Assembly: GCF_006345805.1 (NCBI RefSeq)
Contig: NC_043000.1
Coordinates: 53,506,001-53,570,000, forward strand
Source: Octopus sinensis
Lineage: Eukaryota
Direction: 5' to 3'
DNA: 64,000 nt
In this document: in pieces, positions 19,703-33,030 of the stretch
Numbering within the stretch: the first letter of the stretch is position 1
Layout: every line of letters begins with the position of its first letter
Made by a program: the position numbers and the translations under genes
Notes under the pieces: model-generated
The model's database searches: none
The model's input: only the letters and a program-made list of their open reading frames with translations
What the model was told of the DNA's origin: nothing

Positions 19703-22233
19703 CTAAAACTAAATGTGTTTATTAATTACAAAAATAAAAAGAAAAAGAAAAAAGAAACAAATTATTTGAATTTATTGTAAAAGTGTAAATTTAATGCATG
19801 AAAATCACTGTAAAATTCAGTCAATTGGGAATATTTTTATCTTAGACTGGCAACACTTCCCTCTCTTTAGTTCAATTCAAGGATATTGTATTATGTTATA
19901 AATGCATTAATAATTCTGTCTTTCATTTAAGAATGTAAAGTGTCATAATGATATTGTTACCAACAAGTTTGTCCAGCATGTTACTAATCATGTTATTCAC
20001 AGAAGGAGGATTTAAATGTTGACGAAATAGTGTTGAGATATTTCGAGCAAAGAGAAAATATTTATTTAATTTTCATCAATATAGACTTTAGAACATTTCT
20101 ATTATGAAAATTATTGACAGAAATAAGTAATTAGATTTACTTATATTTTTGAAGATAATGATGCTTAGACTCCAAAGGAGTTTCTGATCAAGAATGTAAT
20201 CAAGCTGTAGCTATCCCATTCTAAATTTTTTTAAGATGTAGCGTATCTCTATTTACATTATCAACAGTGTCCCACTTTGTTATTATTGTTGTTTTTTCAG
20301 CCTTAGCTCAGCCTTGATCAACCAGAAGTGTAATCAAAGACATTTCTGGCACAATAACTCATCTTTTCCTAATATTAAGAGAAACCAAGGTCAACCTATC
20401 CAGCTGTCCTTTCCAAGATGGTGAAATATGATTTGAGGAAGAATTGGCTGCTATTTATTACAGCTCAAATAACCATGCAGATGCTCATTTTTACCTCATC
20501 ATCCCTTGAGGGGAGGTCCTAATTGTTAATTCTTGTGGGTCCAGCAATAACATAGACATTACCTCATTATCTTGAATGGTGATTCTGTAGAATCAAGATG
20601 TATATAAATGCCAACTGCTCAAAACTTGATATGTTCAGCAAATGCTAAACTTTATATCTTGTTGGAAATTATGCTTTATAAATGATGGCTACTGAACTGA
20701 CAGTAATATTTACATTCAATTAACTTGCCTTATAAATCAACTGATTTCTTTAGCTACATATTCTGGGTGTTTTTGAAGTTATTGCATGAAGGTTAATTAT
20801 TAATCATCTGCAAAAGAAACATTATTTGTACATATATCAATAAACATGTTTTTCCATAGTCACTACAGCACAGTTTTGAACTAGAAGCATCAGAATGATC
20901 ATTATTTTTACATTAATCATTAATCATAACTGCTCCATTTGTTGTTTGTTCCAGAGATTAACTGCATTCAATGATCCATTGTTGTAAGTGTGCCAAGAAG
21001 TAGTGTTTTTACCAGTTAGGACAGCTTAAGAAGGAATAAAAAAAATTTTGTAAAATGGTCTCACAATTACCATACATCAAAACAGAACTATCACCCAACT
21101 GCTTCTTGTGCTAATAACAGCATTGAGTGAATCTGTGACTGAGTTGTGTTGAACAGACTGGTGACTTTTGATGAAATGACAAATTAAATGCAAAATTATT
21201 CATAGGTTAGCCTCTGAAATAATCCACAAAAGACTTGGTCATGGTTAATATAATAACAATGACAACTTAACTGATGTTTCAAATTCAAACCTGCATTGTA
21301 TTGACTAAAGAGAGATGAGGTCTAGTTAAGCATACACAATTAATTTTCTGCCAATAGGAATAAATTATAAGTGCAATGCTGATAATTAATTACTTTTCTT
21401 TGGAGCCAGCACAATGATGGGTATCCAAATTTGGCATAATAATAGTAACTTAATTCAAATTTGAAGTTCAGACCTGCACTGTAGTGGAGAGAGGAAGAGA
21501 AAGAGGGGGAGAGAAAAGAAGGGCACTAAATCAAGTGATGTCTGGGCAGTGAATTTTCCTGCTAATAAGAAAACTTTATAATAAATACTTTGCGGATAAT
21601 TAATGGCCCAGTATCATACATTACATTTGGGTTAACAATAACAACCTTGCTCAGAGTTTCCCAACAGACAAAATACTAATTCAATACATTTCTGATTCTG
21701 AAAGTGACAAATGGTTTTTCCTCTGCCGCTCCCTACAACAAATACCAAACAAGATGTTTTTGATACTATACATTGTCAAAAGGTCTCTTTATTTTCTTTG
21801 TAACTGGTCTTTGTCAAGTAATATCTTCATCACATGTTTCCCATTAACTACTCTGTCTCTTTGATTCTTCCCTCTACCTGCTGTGTGGTTCAGAAGCTCA
21901 CTTTGCAACCAATGGTTTTTAGGTTCAGTCCCACTGTGCATCATCTTTAGTGTCTTCTACTAAAGCTCCAGTTTAACCAATGCCTTGACAATGACTTTGA
22001 TAGATGGAAACTGTGTGGAAGCCCTTTGTGTATATACACATATATCTATCTGTGTGTCTCTCTGTGCTTGTTGTTTATCATTCCCTACCACTGCTTGTTG
22101 GGTGATGTTGATTCTTTTCATGACACCTATAACTTAGCAGTTCAATAAAAAACAAGACCAATAGAAAAAGTATCCGTCTTAAATAAAACAAAGAAAATCA
22201 TAAGCCTTGAGGTGGCACACTAATATAACCACA

Positions 22234-22615
22234 GGCTTAGGAATGGCTGTGTTGTAAGGAGCTTGCTTATGAATCACATGGTTCCAGGTTCAGTACCACT
22301 GCTTGGCACCTTGGGCAGGTGTCTTCTACAATAGCCTCTGACTGACCAAAGCCTTGTGAGTGGATTTGGTAGATGGAAATTGAAAGAATATATGTATATG
22401 TGTGTGTGTGTCTGTGTTTGTCCCTCTAGCATTGCTTGACGACCGATGCTGGTGTGTTTACGTCCCCGTAACTAAGCGGTTCGGCAAAAGAGCCCAATAG
22501 AATAAGTACTAGGCTTACAAAGAATAAGTCCTGGGGTCGATTTGCTCGACTAAAGGTGGTGCTCCAGCATGGCCACAATCAAACGACTGAAACAGTCCAA
22601 TCTGAAACAAGTAAA
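22234..22615 (+). mobile_element. SINE family 1; a more decayed copy precedes it at ~21880-22200
   Basis: Similarity to other copies. Confidence 0.85.
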
Positions 22616-23299
22616 TGATGGAAGATAAAAGCTAATATGAACTTGGTAAAATTTATGCTTAAACTATAATTTATTCCATGCTTTCTAAATCGATACAATT
22701 TTGGACAGGTAGAATTACTTTTTAAATATTGTTTTAAAATGACATACTTTCTAAGATAAGTTTCTTTAAATAGCATACATTCATTGTAATATCTTAAAGA
22801 AAAAAAAAAGCTTGTTTGTAACAGAAAAGAATAATTTTAACTAAATTCATCAGAATTTTAGAATTAGCATATTAGCAAACATTCTTTTCTGTTTTAAATA
22901 TAAATTTTTATACCAATAAAATTAGATGGTTTCAGAAAATTATTTCATTTTTGAAAACCTGTTAAGAATCATGCTTAGTGACAGTTTAGAAAACGTTGCA
23001 CTGGAATCTATAATTAAGAAAACTATTTAAATATTCTTCATTCAAAACTTTCATACATTTATGATTCTTATATTTTTTTTTCCTTTTGTTATCTTTGAGC
23101 TCTTCCATATGAATATTAACGGCAGTCATTTTAGTCTTTCAATTAATTCTTTAGCCTTAAAGCTAATTTTAATTATCCAGCACCATTACTTACATTAAAA
23201 TGAAAGTAACATTTTGATTTAACATTAATAATACTATATTTCAAGTATGTAATTACTACTGTAGGACAGGGCCTGAAATTAAAATAAATATTAGTATGA

Positions 23300-23329
23300 A
23301 TTTGAAAGAAACACACACACACGAGCGCG

Positions 23330-23362
<33 letters not shown>

Positions 23363-23570
23363 ACACACGCACACACGCACACACACATGCACACACGCAC
23401 ACAAACACACACACATGGAACATGGACAGAAATTAAAGTCAAATATTAATAGGAAATTGAACGAAATACACACACAAACACATTCACACAAACACACACA
23501 CTCACGCATATACACACATGCATGCACGCACACACACACGCGCGCGCACGCACACACACACACACACATG
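23300..23570. repeat. Two adjacent (CA)n/(CG)n microsatellite blocks
   Basis: Seen directly. Confidence 0.9.
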
Positions 23571-26537
23571 TTGCTATAAAGGGAATATTTTAAAGTTTTA
23601 TGTTTGCAAATAGCTAATATAATTATTTATATTTGATTTAATATTGAAATTTTTTTTAACACAAACTCTCTTGGTGATCAGAAAATTAGTGGAATTTCTT
23701 AAAAGTTTTATTTGTTTTCTATATTTTTCTCTGTTATATCTCAATGGTCTAACAAATTTACATAGTTCGTGTAAGAATAATTAAGAATAATTAAGTGCAA
23801 TTATATATGGCAAAAATCTAGCTCAGTTATTAAAACTAGAAAATTTTATTAGCAAGGTGATATGAGATGTACATTCATGTTATGAGGAAAAAATTAAATC
23901 GAAATTAGAGCAATGGTACAATAAAAATATTGATATTTTCTATGTATGTTTAAATTATAGGTTACTTTATTTTGAAACTTGTAAATTTCTTCAAATTCAA
24001 ATTGATATAAAGTATTATATCTCATTGTCTATTTTGTAAGTTTGTTCCTAATTTTCTTTATAATCCATTTTAAACACTAAGTGATGTTGACAAAGAATAA
24101 TAGATGATGCATTTGGAAGTTCAGGGAAAAAAATGATTAGGTAAAGCCAATCAAATTTTAGAAAAAATATGTATTTTAATTTCACTTGTCCATGGAAACT
24201 CAGTATAATTAAAAAGTCTATGGTTAATGATACATAACTAAATTTTTCTCAAAGTATAATCTATTATCATTAAAAAATTCAATTAAATATTAAAAAAATA
24301 TGGAGCATCTTTAAATTAATACATGATCTTGAAAAGGCCTTAGATTAAATTGCCTGAGTGTAAAATTTATAATGTGTATACAAATATGGAACAGCACTAG
24401 TTGTTATATTTTATCTCATAGAAACCTCTCAAACAGACATGTTTTGGTTAAAAAAAAGACGTCTTTTCCGAGAATGCTTGTGGATCACTAGATATATTAT
24501 TTCAATTCAATTTGGTCTCCTAAACCTGAATATCTCAGATATTCTAAGCCAAGTTGAAAATGCTTGTTGAAGAAGCTATACTAATTCTAACATCATTAAT
24601 ATTCATACAAATCGGTAAAAGCTTTGTTTACTGGCTTCTAAGCTAGATCAGGCATTTTCTTAACATCTAAGTATTTGTAACTAAGAAGAAATAATCTGGT
24701 CAAAACACCATATCAGATAATCTGCAAGTATTCTGTGCAAACTCTTGTGTTTATAACACATAGGTCTTATTGAAAGGTTTAACTGAGGGAAAATATTACA
24801 TCTACTGCCATTTCACATTTATATACAAATTATGTAATTTATACTCACTGGTATTGGAACACCTTTCTTTATAGATTTATTCAGTCAGGTCTCATGTAGG
24901 GCTAAACAACATGCTACTAAAAATAAATAAAATAATTCAAAAGCATTATTATCTATATGGTGTCCCATATTTAGTAAGAATCATAGCATGTTAAAGACTG
25001 TCCCAAATTTAGATTTGAATTACTAGATTTCTTTTAAAAGTTGAAAAATTTAATAAGACTAATATGGAATTACTGATATGCAAATGGATCCTTTCTTGGT
25101 TTCGTCAACATTAATCAATGTTGTAGTTGTTTGAGAAACTGAACTATTTATCTACTGAAAAAAATACAGTAACTGAGTAATCCATCAATCCATATATCAT
25201 TAACTTAATTCTGAGCACAATTAGCATTACACCATGAGACTAAAGTGACTCTTTAAATTATTGGTGCAATCCATCGAACAGACTACCAAATATTTGTTTC
25301 TATCTCAATTATAAAGCTTGGATCATCTTGAAGCTATATGTAAATGTTTTTGCTGATGTGTAACACAATGCAGTTGAACACAGAGCCTCATAACCATGAA
25401 GCAAGCTTGTTAAGTGCTTGCATATGCATGCAACATAAGAAAACCTACTCTCATGGAATGATTTTAAAAGTTAAGATTATTTCCAATGGCTAGAATTTCC
25501 CTTTAGACAACAGTTAAACAAAACTACAGGTCTCATTTAAACTGTTCACCTTCCAATTAGCAAGCTTTGTAAAAGGATTTTACTTGAAAAAACAAATATT
25601 TAGAGTTAGAATTAGTGAGTGGAAAATGAAACCGTAAACCAATGAGAATGAGTAAGCCTCTTTACAACTGCTCAACAAGCAAATTAACAGAAGCATATGA
25701 GTATTGGATTAAACATTTTGTGGATGTTTGTTTTGACTTCATTCATTCTGAACTCGAAACTCACAGTGGTCAACTTTGCCAGAAATCTTTCCAAGTTTGG
25801 TAAATAAGATACTAGGATGAAGGACTGTTAGATTATCAGATGAATAGATTATCTGTTAGATTAACAGGTAGGATTCTTAAATTGTCAGATGGGAATCCTT
25901 GTAGTATCTATTCTGGTTCTGTATGTTGTCAGTTCAGAAACCTGCTATGATGACCATTATACATCTCCCAGATAGACTAATAAAAGTATTTAAAGCATCA
26001 GGCCCAAATGAGTTTACATCATTTTGAGTCGAGATAATCTAATGGCACAAAGTGCCCTATAGATAAGGATTATGTTTGTGCTACTTATGATGATGATGAT
26101 GATGGTGTCAGTGGCATTGATGATGCAAAAAAAGACAACAAAGAGGTTGATCATGATTGAAATGGCAGCTAAACTGATGACGAGAACAACAATCCCAATG
26201 TCAGTGGTGATAACAATCATAAACGACCACAACAGCAATGACAATGATGACGATCATGATACTTACCAAAACAATGACAATAACAGTTACAATGATGACG
26301 ATGAGAATTATCAGCCAAATCTTCCCTAAAACTTCACCATCTTGAAGAGGAAAGACACACTGGATCATATTCTCCTTGAAAGTAACATAGAAGAGTCATG
26401 GCTGGAAAGCCTTCCATCATAGGTTTGCTTGCTCGAGTTTGATTTGGCCCTAAACAACAACAATGGCAGCAGCAATAATAACAACCACAAAAGCAAAAAC
26501 AACAGCAACAAGAAAGCTCATGATAGAAAATTAGTTA

Positions 26538-26935
26538 GGCACAGAAGTGGCTGCGTGGTAAGTAGCTTGCTTACCAACCACATGGTTCCGGGTTCAGTCC
26601 CACTGCATGGCACCTTGGGCAAGTGTCTTCTACTATAGCTTCGGGCTGATCAAAGTCTTGTGAGTGGATTTGGTAGACGGAGACTGAAAGAAGCCCGTCA
26701 TATATATGTATATGTATATTTATATGTGTGTGTTTTTGTGTCTGTGTTTGTTCCCCCCAACATCACTTGACAACCAATGCTGGTGTGTTTACATCCCTGT
26801 AACCAAGCAGTTCGGCAGATGAGACCGATAGAATAAGTACTAGGCTTACAAAGAATAAGTCCTGGGGTCGATTTCCTCGACTAAAGGCGGTGCTCCAGCA
26901 TGGCCACAGTCAAATGACTGAAACAAGTAAAAGGG
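26538..26935 (+). mobile_element. SINE family 1, full length
   Basis: Similarity to other copies. Confidence 0.9.
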
Positions 26936-27241
26936 TAAGTGAATTCTCATTGATGGGAAAAAGGTTAAAATAAGATATAAAAGTATAGGAACTGGTTTTG
27001 TGAAGGTAAATGAACTGATGGATTCATTTTAGCATATTAGTGATAGAATTAATTAAGATTTTTCTTTGAAAACTTCTAACATGTACTACTCTAATAAGGA
27101 AATCTGGAACACAATATTGATAAGCATGTCTGTATAGTTAAGAGGATCACAATTATGTAATTTTAGGTTAGAACCCACTGTGCACTACCTTGAATAAGCA
27201 ACTTCAACTATAGAACTATAGTTGTGAGTTAATCCTCCTCC

Positions 27242-27540
27242 ACATCATCATCATTCAACGTCCATTTTCCATGCTGGTATGGGTTGGACGGTTTGACTGA
27301 GGTCTGGAGAACCAGTGGCTGCACTAGGCTCCAATCTGATCTGGATGCCCTTCCTAATGCCAACCACTCCGAGAGTGTAGTGGGTGCTTTTTATGTGCCA
27401 CCAGCACAGGAGCCAGTCAGACGGGCCTGGCATCGATCACGTTCAGATAGTGCTTTTTATATGCCACCGGCATGGGTGTCCTGTTGCGGGGGAGGTACTG
27501 GCATTAATTCATGCTTTTTACGTGTCACCGGCACTTCATT
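27242..27540 (-). mobile_element. RTE-type LINE 3' end (truncated) with (GAT)n tail
   Basis: CATCATCAT...CGTCCATTTTCCATGCTGGTATGGGTTGGACGG matches the reverse complement of the 3' end of the RTE copy at 40440-41435. Confidence 0.8.
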
Positions 27541-27816
27541 TTAGGGTCCATTTTTCTAAGCTTCAATGGATCACATATAGCACATAAATGAAGATATTCT
27601 ATGGCTTGTAATGCTTTCGCAAAAGGCTGGAAATGAAAAGCACTGGTTGTATGACAGTGTCACTCATTTACATCTATCATGCAATCTCAAGATAAGGAGA
27701 TGCAAACAAACACACATATACTGACAGACACACACATACACATACTCAAACACCCACAAACATATATACATATATCTACACACACACACACACATGCATA
27801 TATATATATATAATAT

Positions 27817-27861
<45 letters not shown>

Positions 27862-27943
27862 GTCATGCTGACTACCTGATAAAAATCATTAACATGATTT
27901 TTATTTTTATATTCCTTGTGAAGTAATAAATATATATATATAT

Positions 27944-28322
27944 TCTTTTATTCTTTTACTTGTTTCACTCATTTGACTGAGGTCATGCTGAAGCACTGCC
28001 TTTAGTCAAACAAATCAACCCCAGGTCATATTCTTTCTAAGCCTAGTACTTAGTCTATCGGTCTCTTTTGTTGAACCACTAAGCTACAGGGATGTAGACA
28101 CACCAACATCAGTTGTCAAGTGATGGTGGGGGGACAAACACAGACACACAAATACATATATATACATATATATACAATGGGCTTCTTTTAGTTTCTGTCT
28201 ACCAAATTTACACACAAGGCTTTGGTTGGCCCAAACAGAAGACACTTGACCAAAGTGCCACATAGTGGGACTGAACCCAGAACCATGTTGGGAAGCAAGC
28301 TTCTTACCACACAGCCACTCCT
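27944..28322 (-). mobile_element. SINE family 1, full length
   Basis: Similarity to other copies. Confidence 0.85.
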
Positions 28323-28329
28323 ATATATC

Positions 28330-29248
28330 ATCATCATCATCATCATCATTTAGCGTCCGCTTTCCATGCTAGCATGGGTTGGACGGTTCAACTGGGGTCT
28401 GTGAAGCCAGAAGGCTGCATCAAGCCCAGTCTTATCTGGCAGTGTTTCTACGGCTGGATGCCCTTCCTAACGCCAACCACTCCGTGAGTGTAGTGGGTGC
28501 TTTTTACGTGCCACCCGCACAGGTGCCAGGTGGAGCTGGCAAACGGCCATGGACGGATGGTGCTTTTTACGTGCCACTGGCACGAGGCCAGTCGGGGCGG
28601 CGCTGGCAACGGTCACGAACAGATGGTGGTACCAGATGAGTCTGGCAAATGGCCACGAACGGATGGTACTTTTGACATGCCACCGGCATGACGCCAGTCT
28701 GGGCGGCGCTGGCAACGGCCACTTTTGGATGGTTCTCTTACGTGTCACCGGCACTGGTAACTCAGCTGCAATTTCCATTGATCGATTTCGATTCTGATCC
28801 TCACTTGCCCCAACAGGTCTTCCCAAGTAGAGTTTTGTGTCCCAAGAAGGGAAGGTATGCATACGTGGGCTGGCTACATCCCATGTAGAAGGCCACGGGT
28901 TATGGTCTCACTTGTCCGGCCGGGTCTTCTCGTGCACAGCATACTTCCAGAGGTCTCGGTCTCTAGTCATTTCCTCAGTGAGACCTTTTGGATGGTTCTC
29001 TTACGTGCCACCGGCACTGGTAACTCAGCTGCAATTTCCATTGATCGATTTCGATTCTGATCCTCACTTGCCCCAACAGGTCTTCACAAGTAGAGTTTTG
29101 TGTCCCAAGAAGGGAAGGTATGCATACGTGGGCTGGCTACATCCCATGTAGAAGGCCACGGGTTATGGTCTCACTTGTCCTGCCGGGTCTTCTCGTGCAC
29201 AGCATACTTCCAGAGGTCTCGGTCTTTAGTCATTTCCTCAGTGAGACC
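28330..29248 (-). mobile_element. 5'-truncated RTE-type LINE with a 263 bp tandem duplication
   Basis: (GAT)n tail, 3' UTR minisatellite, ORF2 end (GLTEEMTRDRDLWKYAVHEKTR); 28722-28984 repeated at 28985-29247. Confidence 0.85.
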
Positions 29249-29999
29249 TTATATATATATATAATCTCATTGACCAACATTTCTGCTGAATTGCTGTACT
29301 TGAGAAGACACATCAAGTTTAGTGAAATTGTGTTTGTGCCCAGTGCCAGAGACATATGAAAAGCAATCATACTGGTGATACATAAAAGGCGAAAATATCA
29401 CATTTGAAGATGCTTTCTTTCTTTCTTGTTTACTGTTATTTTTGAGGCAAGACAAATATGTAGCAACATGGGTGAAAAAAAAAACGATTTAGGATACACC
29501 TAATATTGTATAAACATAGAAAAAAGAAAAAAACTGTTCAACTAACTGTTAAAAATGAGAAAAGAAAGTTATTTAAAGGTAGTTTCTTATTGAAATAGAA
29601 GAGATATTCCACTGAAAGGTTTTTCAACAGAAGCTGATTGCCATTCTCTGAATATGGTTGAAAGGAATGTCGCTTCAATAGCTACTCGATGCTGAAGTAT
29701 TATTTTCTTGTAAAAATGCAACAAATTCTTCTTAAAAATCTGATTAACCTGAAAATGTGGTGAAAAATAAATCCAAACAAGGAAGTTTGGTGACATACTC
29801 ATGCAAAGAAGATAAAATGAATGCTTGTAAAAAAGTGGAAGAACTACTGTTTAGATTAGTATATACATATATTAATATATATGTATACATATATGTGTGT
29901 GCATGTGTATGTACACACATATATATGCATACATACACACACACATACACACACACACACACATACACACACATACACACACATACACACACATATGTA

Positions 30000-30245
30000 T
30001 TGGGCTGGTGTATAATCATTGCGGTTTTTTTCAACAAATTTTATTCAACAAAAATAATAACAACATGTAACAAAAACATCTTTAAATGATTATTCCGGAG
30101 CATATTCATCATCTACTTCAGGTACTGCTTCCCATTTGCTTGGCAGATTGTCTGACCGTCATTTAAAGATGTTTTTCTTAAATATTGATATTGTTTTTTT
30201 GTTGAATTTGTTGAAAAAAGCTGCAATAATTATGCACCAACACAA
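30000..30245. mobile_element. Mariner-derived MITE
   Basis: ~45 bp imperfect TIRs TTGGGCTGGTGTATAATCATTGCGGTTTTTTTCAACAAATT / AATTTGTTGAAAAAAGCTGCAATAATTATGCACCAACACAA; TA at left. Confidence 0.8.
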
Positions 30246-30337
30246 TGTGTGTGCATGTGTGTGTGTGTGTATAATTATTTATCTATCAATCCATGTACCA
30301 ATCTCCCTCTCTGTCTCTCTCCCCACCTCTCTCTCTC

Positions 30338-30369
<32 letters not shown>

Positions 30370-30391
30370 CATAGATACACACATGCATATA

Positions 30392-31660
30392 TTAAGCCAT
30401 CCCATAAACAATGCGTTTTTTATACTTCTTTTATTTTTCAAAATTTAAGATAAACAATGTTCTTTTTTAATCTAAAATATATTCTCCATTATTTTCTACA
30501 ATGCTCTTCCATCTATCTCATAGACTTGCTAGGCTCCACTTCCAAATTTACTTGTCCGTGATGAAAAATACTACTCCACTACTGTTCTAACCTTGTCTAC
30601 AAAATGATTTTGAAGACTGCAGAATAAATGATAGTCAGCTGGGGCAATGTCCAGCGAATATGTGTGGAGCATCGTTTCCAATTCAAACAGCTCCAGCCTT
30701 TGGAATGTCATCCTCACTGTATGTGGCTGAGCATTATCCTGATGGAAGAACACCTTTCGCCTTGAAACCAAAGATGGTCGTTTTTCTTCTAACGTTGATT
30801 TAATCCACTCAAGCTGCTTGCAGTAGATCTCCTTTGTTAGCTTTTGGTGTGGGTTTAAAAGTTTAAAGTGGTCTAAACATTTCATATCCCCCTCACCACA
30901 AAACAGATAACAACATCTTACATGGGTGAAGATCTTCTTTAGCCTGGAGTGCCAGTGTTTCTCCTTTCCCTACCCACTGTCTTTGGCGCTTCATATTTTT
31001 ACAGAAAACCCAATTCTCATCACTAGTCACTATTTGGTCCAAAAAAGATGCTTTCATGAGACGTGACATCAAAGAACAGCACACATTCACACTCTGAATA
31101 CAATTAGACACAGAAAGTTTGCGAGGAACCCATTGACCCAATTTGCTGACTTTTCTGATGGCAAGCAGGTGTTGATGAATGGTTGAATGCTAAACTCCAA
31201 GTTTCTCTGCTAGTTCCTCAACAGTTATAATGACATTTTGTTCCACCAGGGCTTTCAGGATGCCCTTATTGAGCTCTACAGATCTTCCAAGAAGAGGCTC
31301 ATCTTCTAGGATGTAGTTTCTAGCTTGGAATTTCTGGAACCCCCATTGATAGTGACTTACGCTTATTGTCCGATCCCTATATACTGCATTAATATTCCTC
31401 ACACTTTCCATTGCATTGTTGCCTTCATTGAAATCATAAAGTAAAATATGTGGAATATGCTTCTTTGTCACTTCTGTTATAGCTTTGAAGAAAACAGCTG
31501 TTAAAATTGAACTGCACTCTTCAAAACTTGCACTAAGAATAAGTATGAGGTAAAATTTCTACCTGCTTTTATAGCAAGTTGATGCAGGTAATTTATCCCA
31601 TCCCCCTCTGACTTTTAGTTCATGAATAGAAAAATCTCCATTATTTATGGGATGACCCAA
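30392..31660 (-). mobile_element. Full-length decayed mariner (Hsmar1/Mos1-like transposase pseudogene)
   Basis: TIRs TTAAGCCATCCCATAAACAATG / CATTATTTATGGGATGACCCAA flanked by TA; ORF pieces with GQWVPRKL, IVTSDENWV, FFHQDNAQPH, YSLDIAPADYHLF. Confidence 0.92.
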
Positions 31661-31863
31661 TATATACACACATTCACAAAACAAAGTTGGCCACTTTTCA
31701 CTGTTGTTATGTTTGTCAGATTACAAACAAGTGTAAGATCCGATGCTAAGAGGTAAAAAAGAAAGCTTGTACAATGATGATGATGATGTAGAGGAGGAGA
31801 TGGGGGGAGGAGGGGAGGAGAGGCACCACCACTATGAACAGCATTATTGTGACCGTATAAGCA

Positions 31864-31910
<47 letters not shown>

Positions 31911-32503
31911 ACATGCAAAGGTTATCCTTAACTAAAGATTATTTCAGAGAATGAGGCAAAATACAAACTACATGGGGCTGCCTAACTAAGGAGTAGAGAA
32001 TTAGAGGAAATTGAATGAGAGTGAGAGAGAGAAGAGAGAGAAGAGAGAGAGCAAGGGGGGAGAGAGAGAAGGAGAGGGAGGTAGAGAGAGAAGGAGAGAG
32101 GAGGAGAGTAACTGTGTTTGTTTACATTTATTCATACAGAACATTTAGCTCATGATTGAGGTAAAAGTGTACATTGTCAGATTTATACCTGTTCATGAAG
32201 AATTTGTACTGTTCCAAACCAAATATTAGATGTGTTTAGACTGGAATGGCTTGGATTTCTGGATTTCTGGATTTCCCTGTTTTCTAGAGACAGTTTAAAT
32301 ATATACTTAAAATATAAAATAAACAATGAAAAATAAAGAACTAATTTTTGTATTTGTATTTAACAGATACAAATTAATACATTTCTAATGCATGATCTGT
32401 TTGATATCTATAAATCCATCACTGTACCATGTATACACATAATGTTTAGAGGATGAAAATTATATGAGGAATAGGTAAAGAACATAACTTCATTTAACTG
32501 ATA

Positions 32504-32723
32504 TACAACAGGTGATGAAATGTTCCTGGATTTGGGTAAAAGAAAATACAGGAGGAGCAGTTAGTTATGATTTTATTCAACATATTCCTCTCTGAGATTC
32601 ACACGTATATTACAATGGTCCTTCAGTTTTTCTAAGCCCTGTAGAAAAACTTGGAAGGTTGGGCCTCCAGCCAGACCTTTCACAATACCCTTACAGCCAG
32701 GAACTTTTCAGCGGCCCCTCATA
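32504..32723. mobile_element. Mariner-type MITE
   Basis: Imperfect TIRs GGTGATGAAATGTTCCTGG / CCAGGAACTTTTCAGCGGCCCCTCATA with TA ends. Confidence 0.7.
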
Positions 32724-32924
32724 GGTACAAATTAATATATTTCTAAAGCAGAGCATATTTAACTCTTTGGCATTTAAACTAGCCATATCAAGCCCAAAGA
32801 TAATATTATATTTGTTTTATGTTCAAACTGTTCAGATCCAACCTCTCACCCTCACCCTACAATGTCATTCTAAAATTAAAGAATTGAAATCTTGAAGATT
32901 ATTTCAAAAGAACATGAATAAATA

Positions 32925-33030
32925 AGCCTTCATCAGGTGTCTTGCGAAAATTTCAAACTAGATGAGGACAAATATCTGTCAAATGTAAATAATGTACATA
33001 ATTCCTCATCTCTTAAATATATAACTGTAA
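32925..33030. mobile_element. Fragments of the tRNA-headed hammerhead element family, one piece inverted
   Basis: GCCTTCATCAGGTGTCTTG (minus orientation) joined to GATGAGGACAAATATCTGTCAAATGTAAATAATG (plus orientation), both matching 39421-39546. Confidence 0.65.

Noticed and set aside
20917-21025. Competing short exon candidates on both strands (VLTGKNTTSW... on minus; RLTAFNDPL on plus)
   Set aside because: Mutually overlapping, no homology, and not linkable to other exons; likely chance.
21700-21850. Helitron helicase-like VVGSGRGKT fragment
   Set aside because: Too short and interrupted by stops to support.
29330-29400. HMKSNHTGD, a C2H2 zinc-finger linker-like peptide
   Set aside because: No correctly spaced Cys/His and an immediate stop codon.
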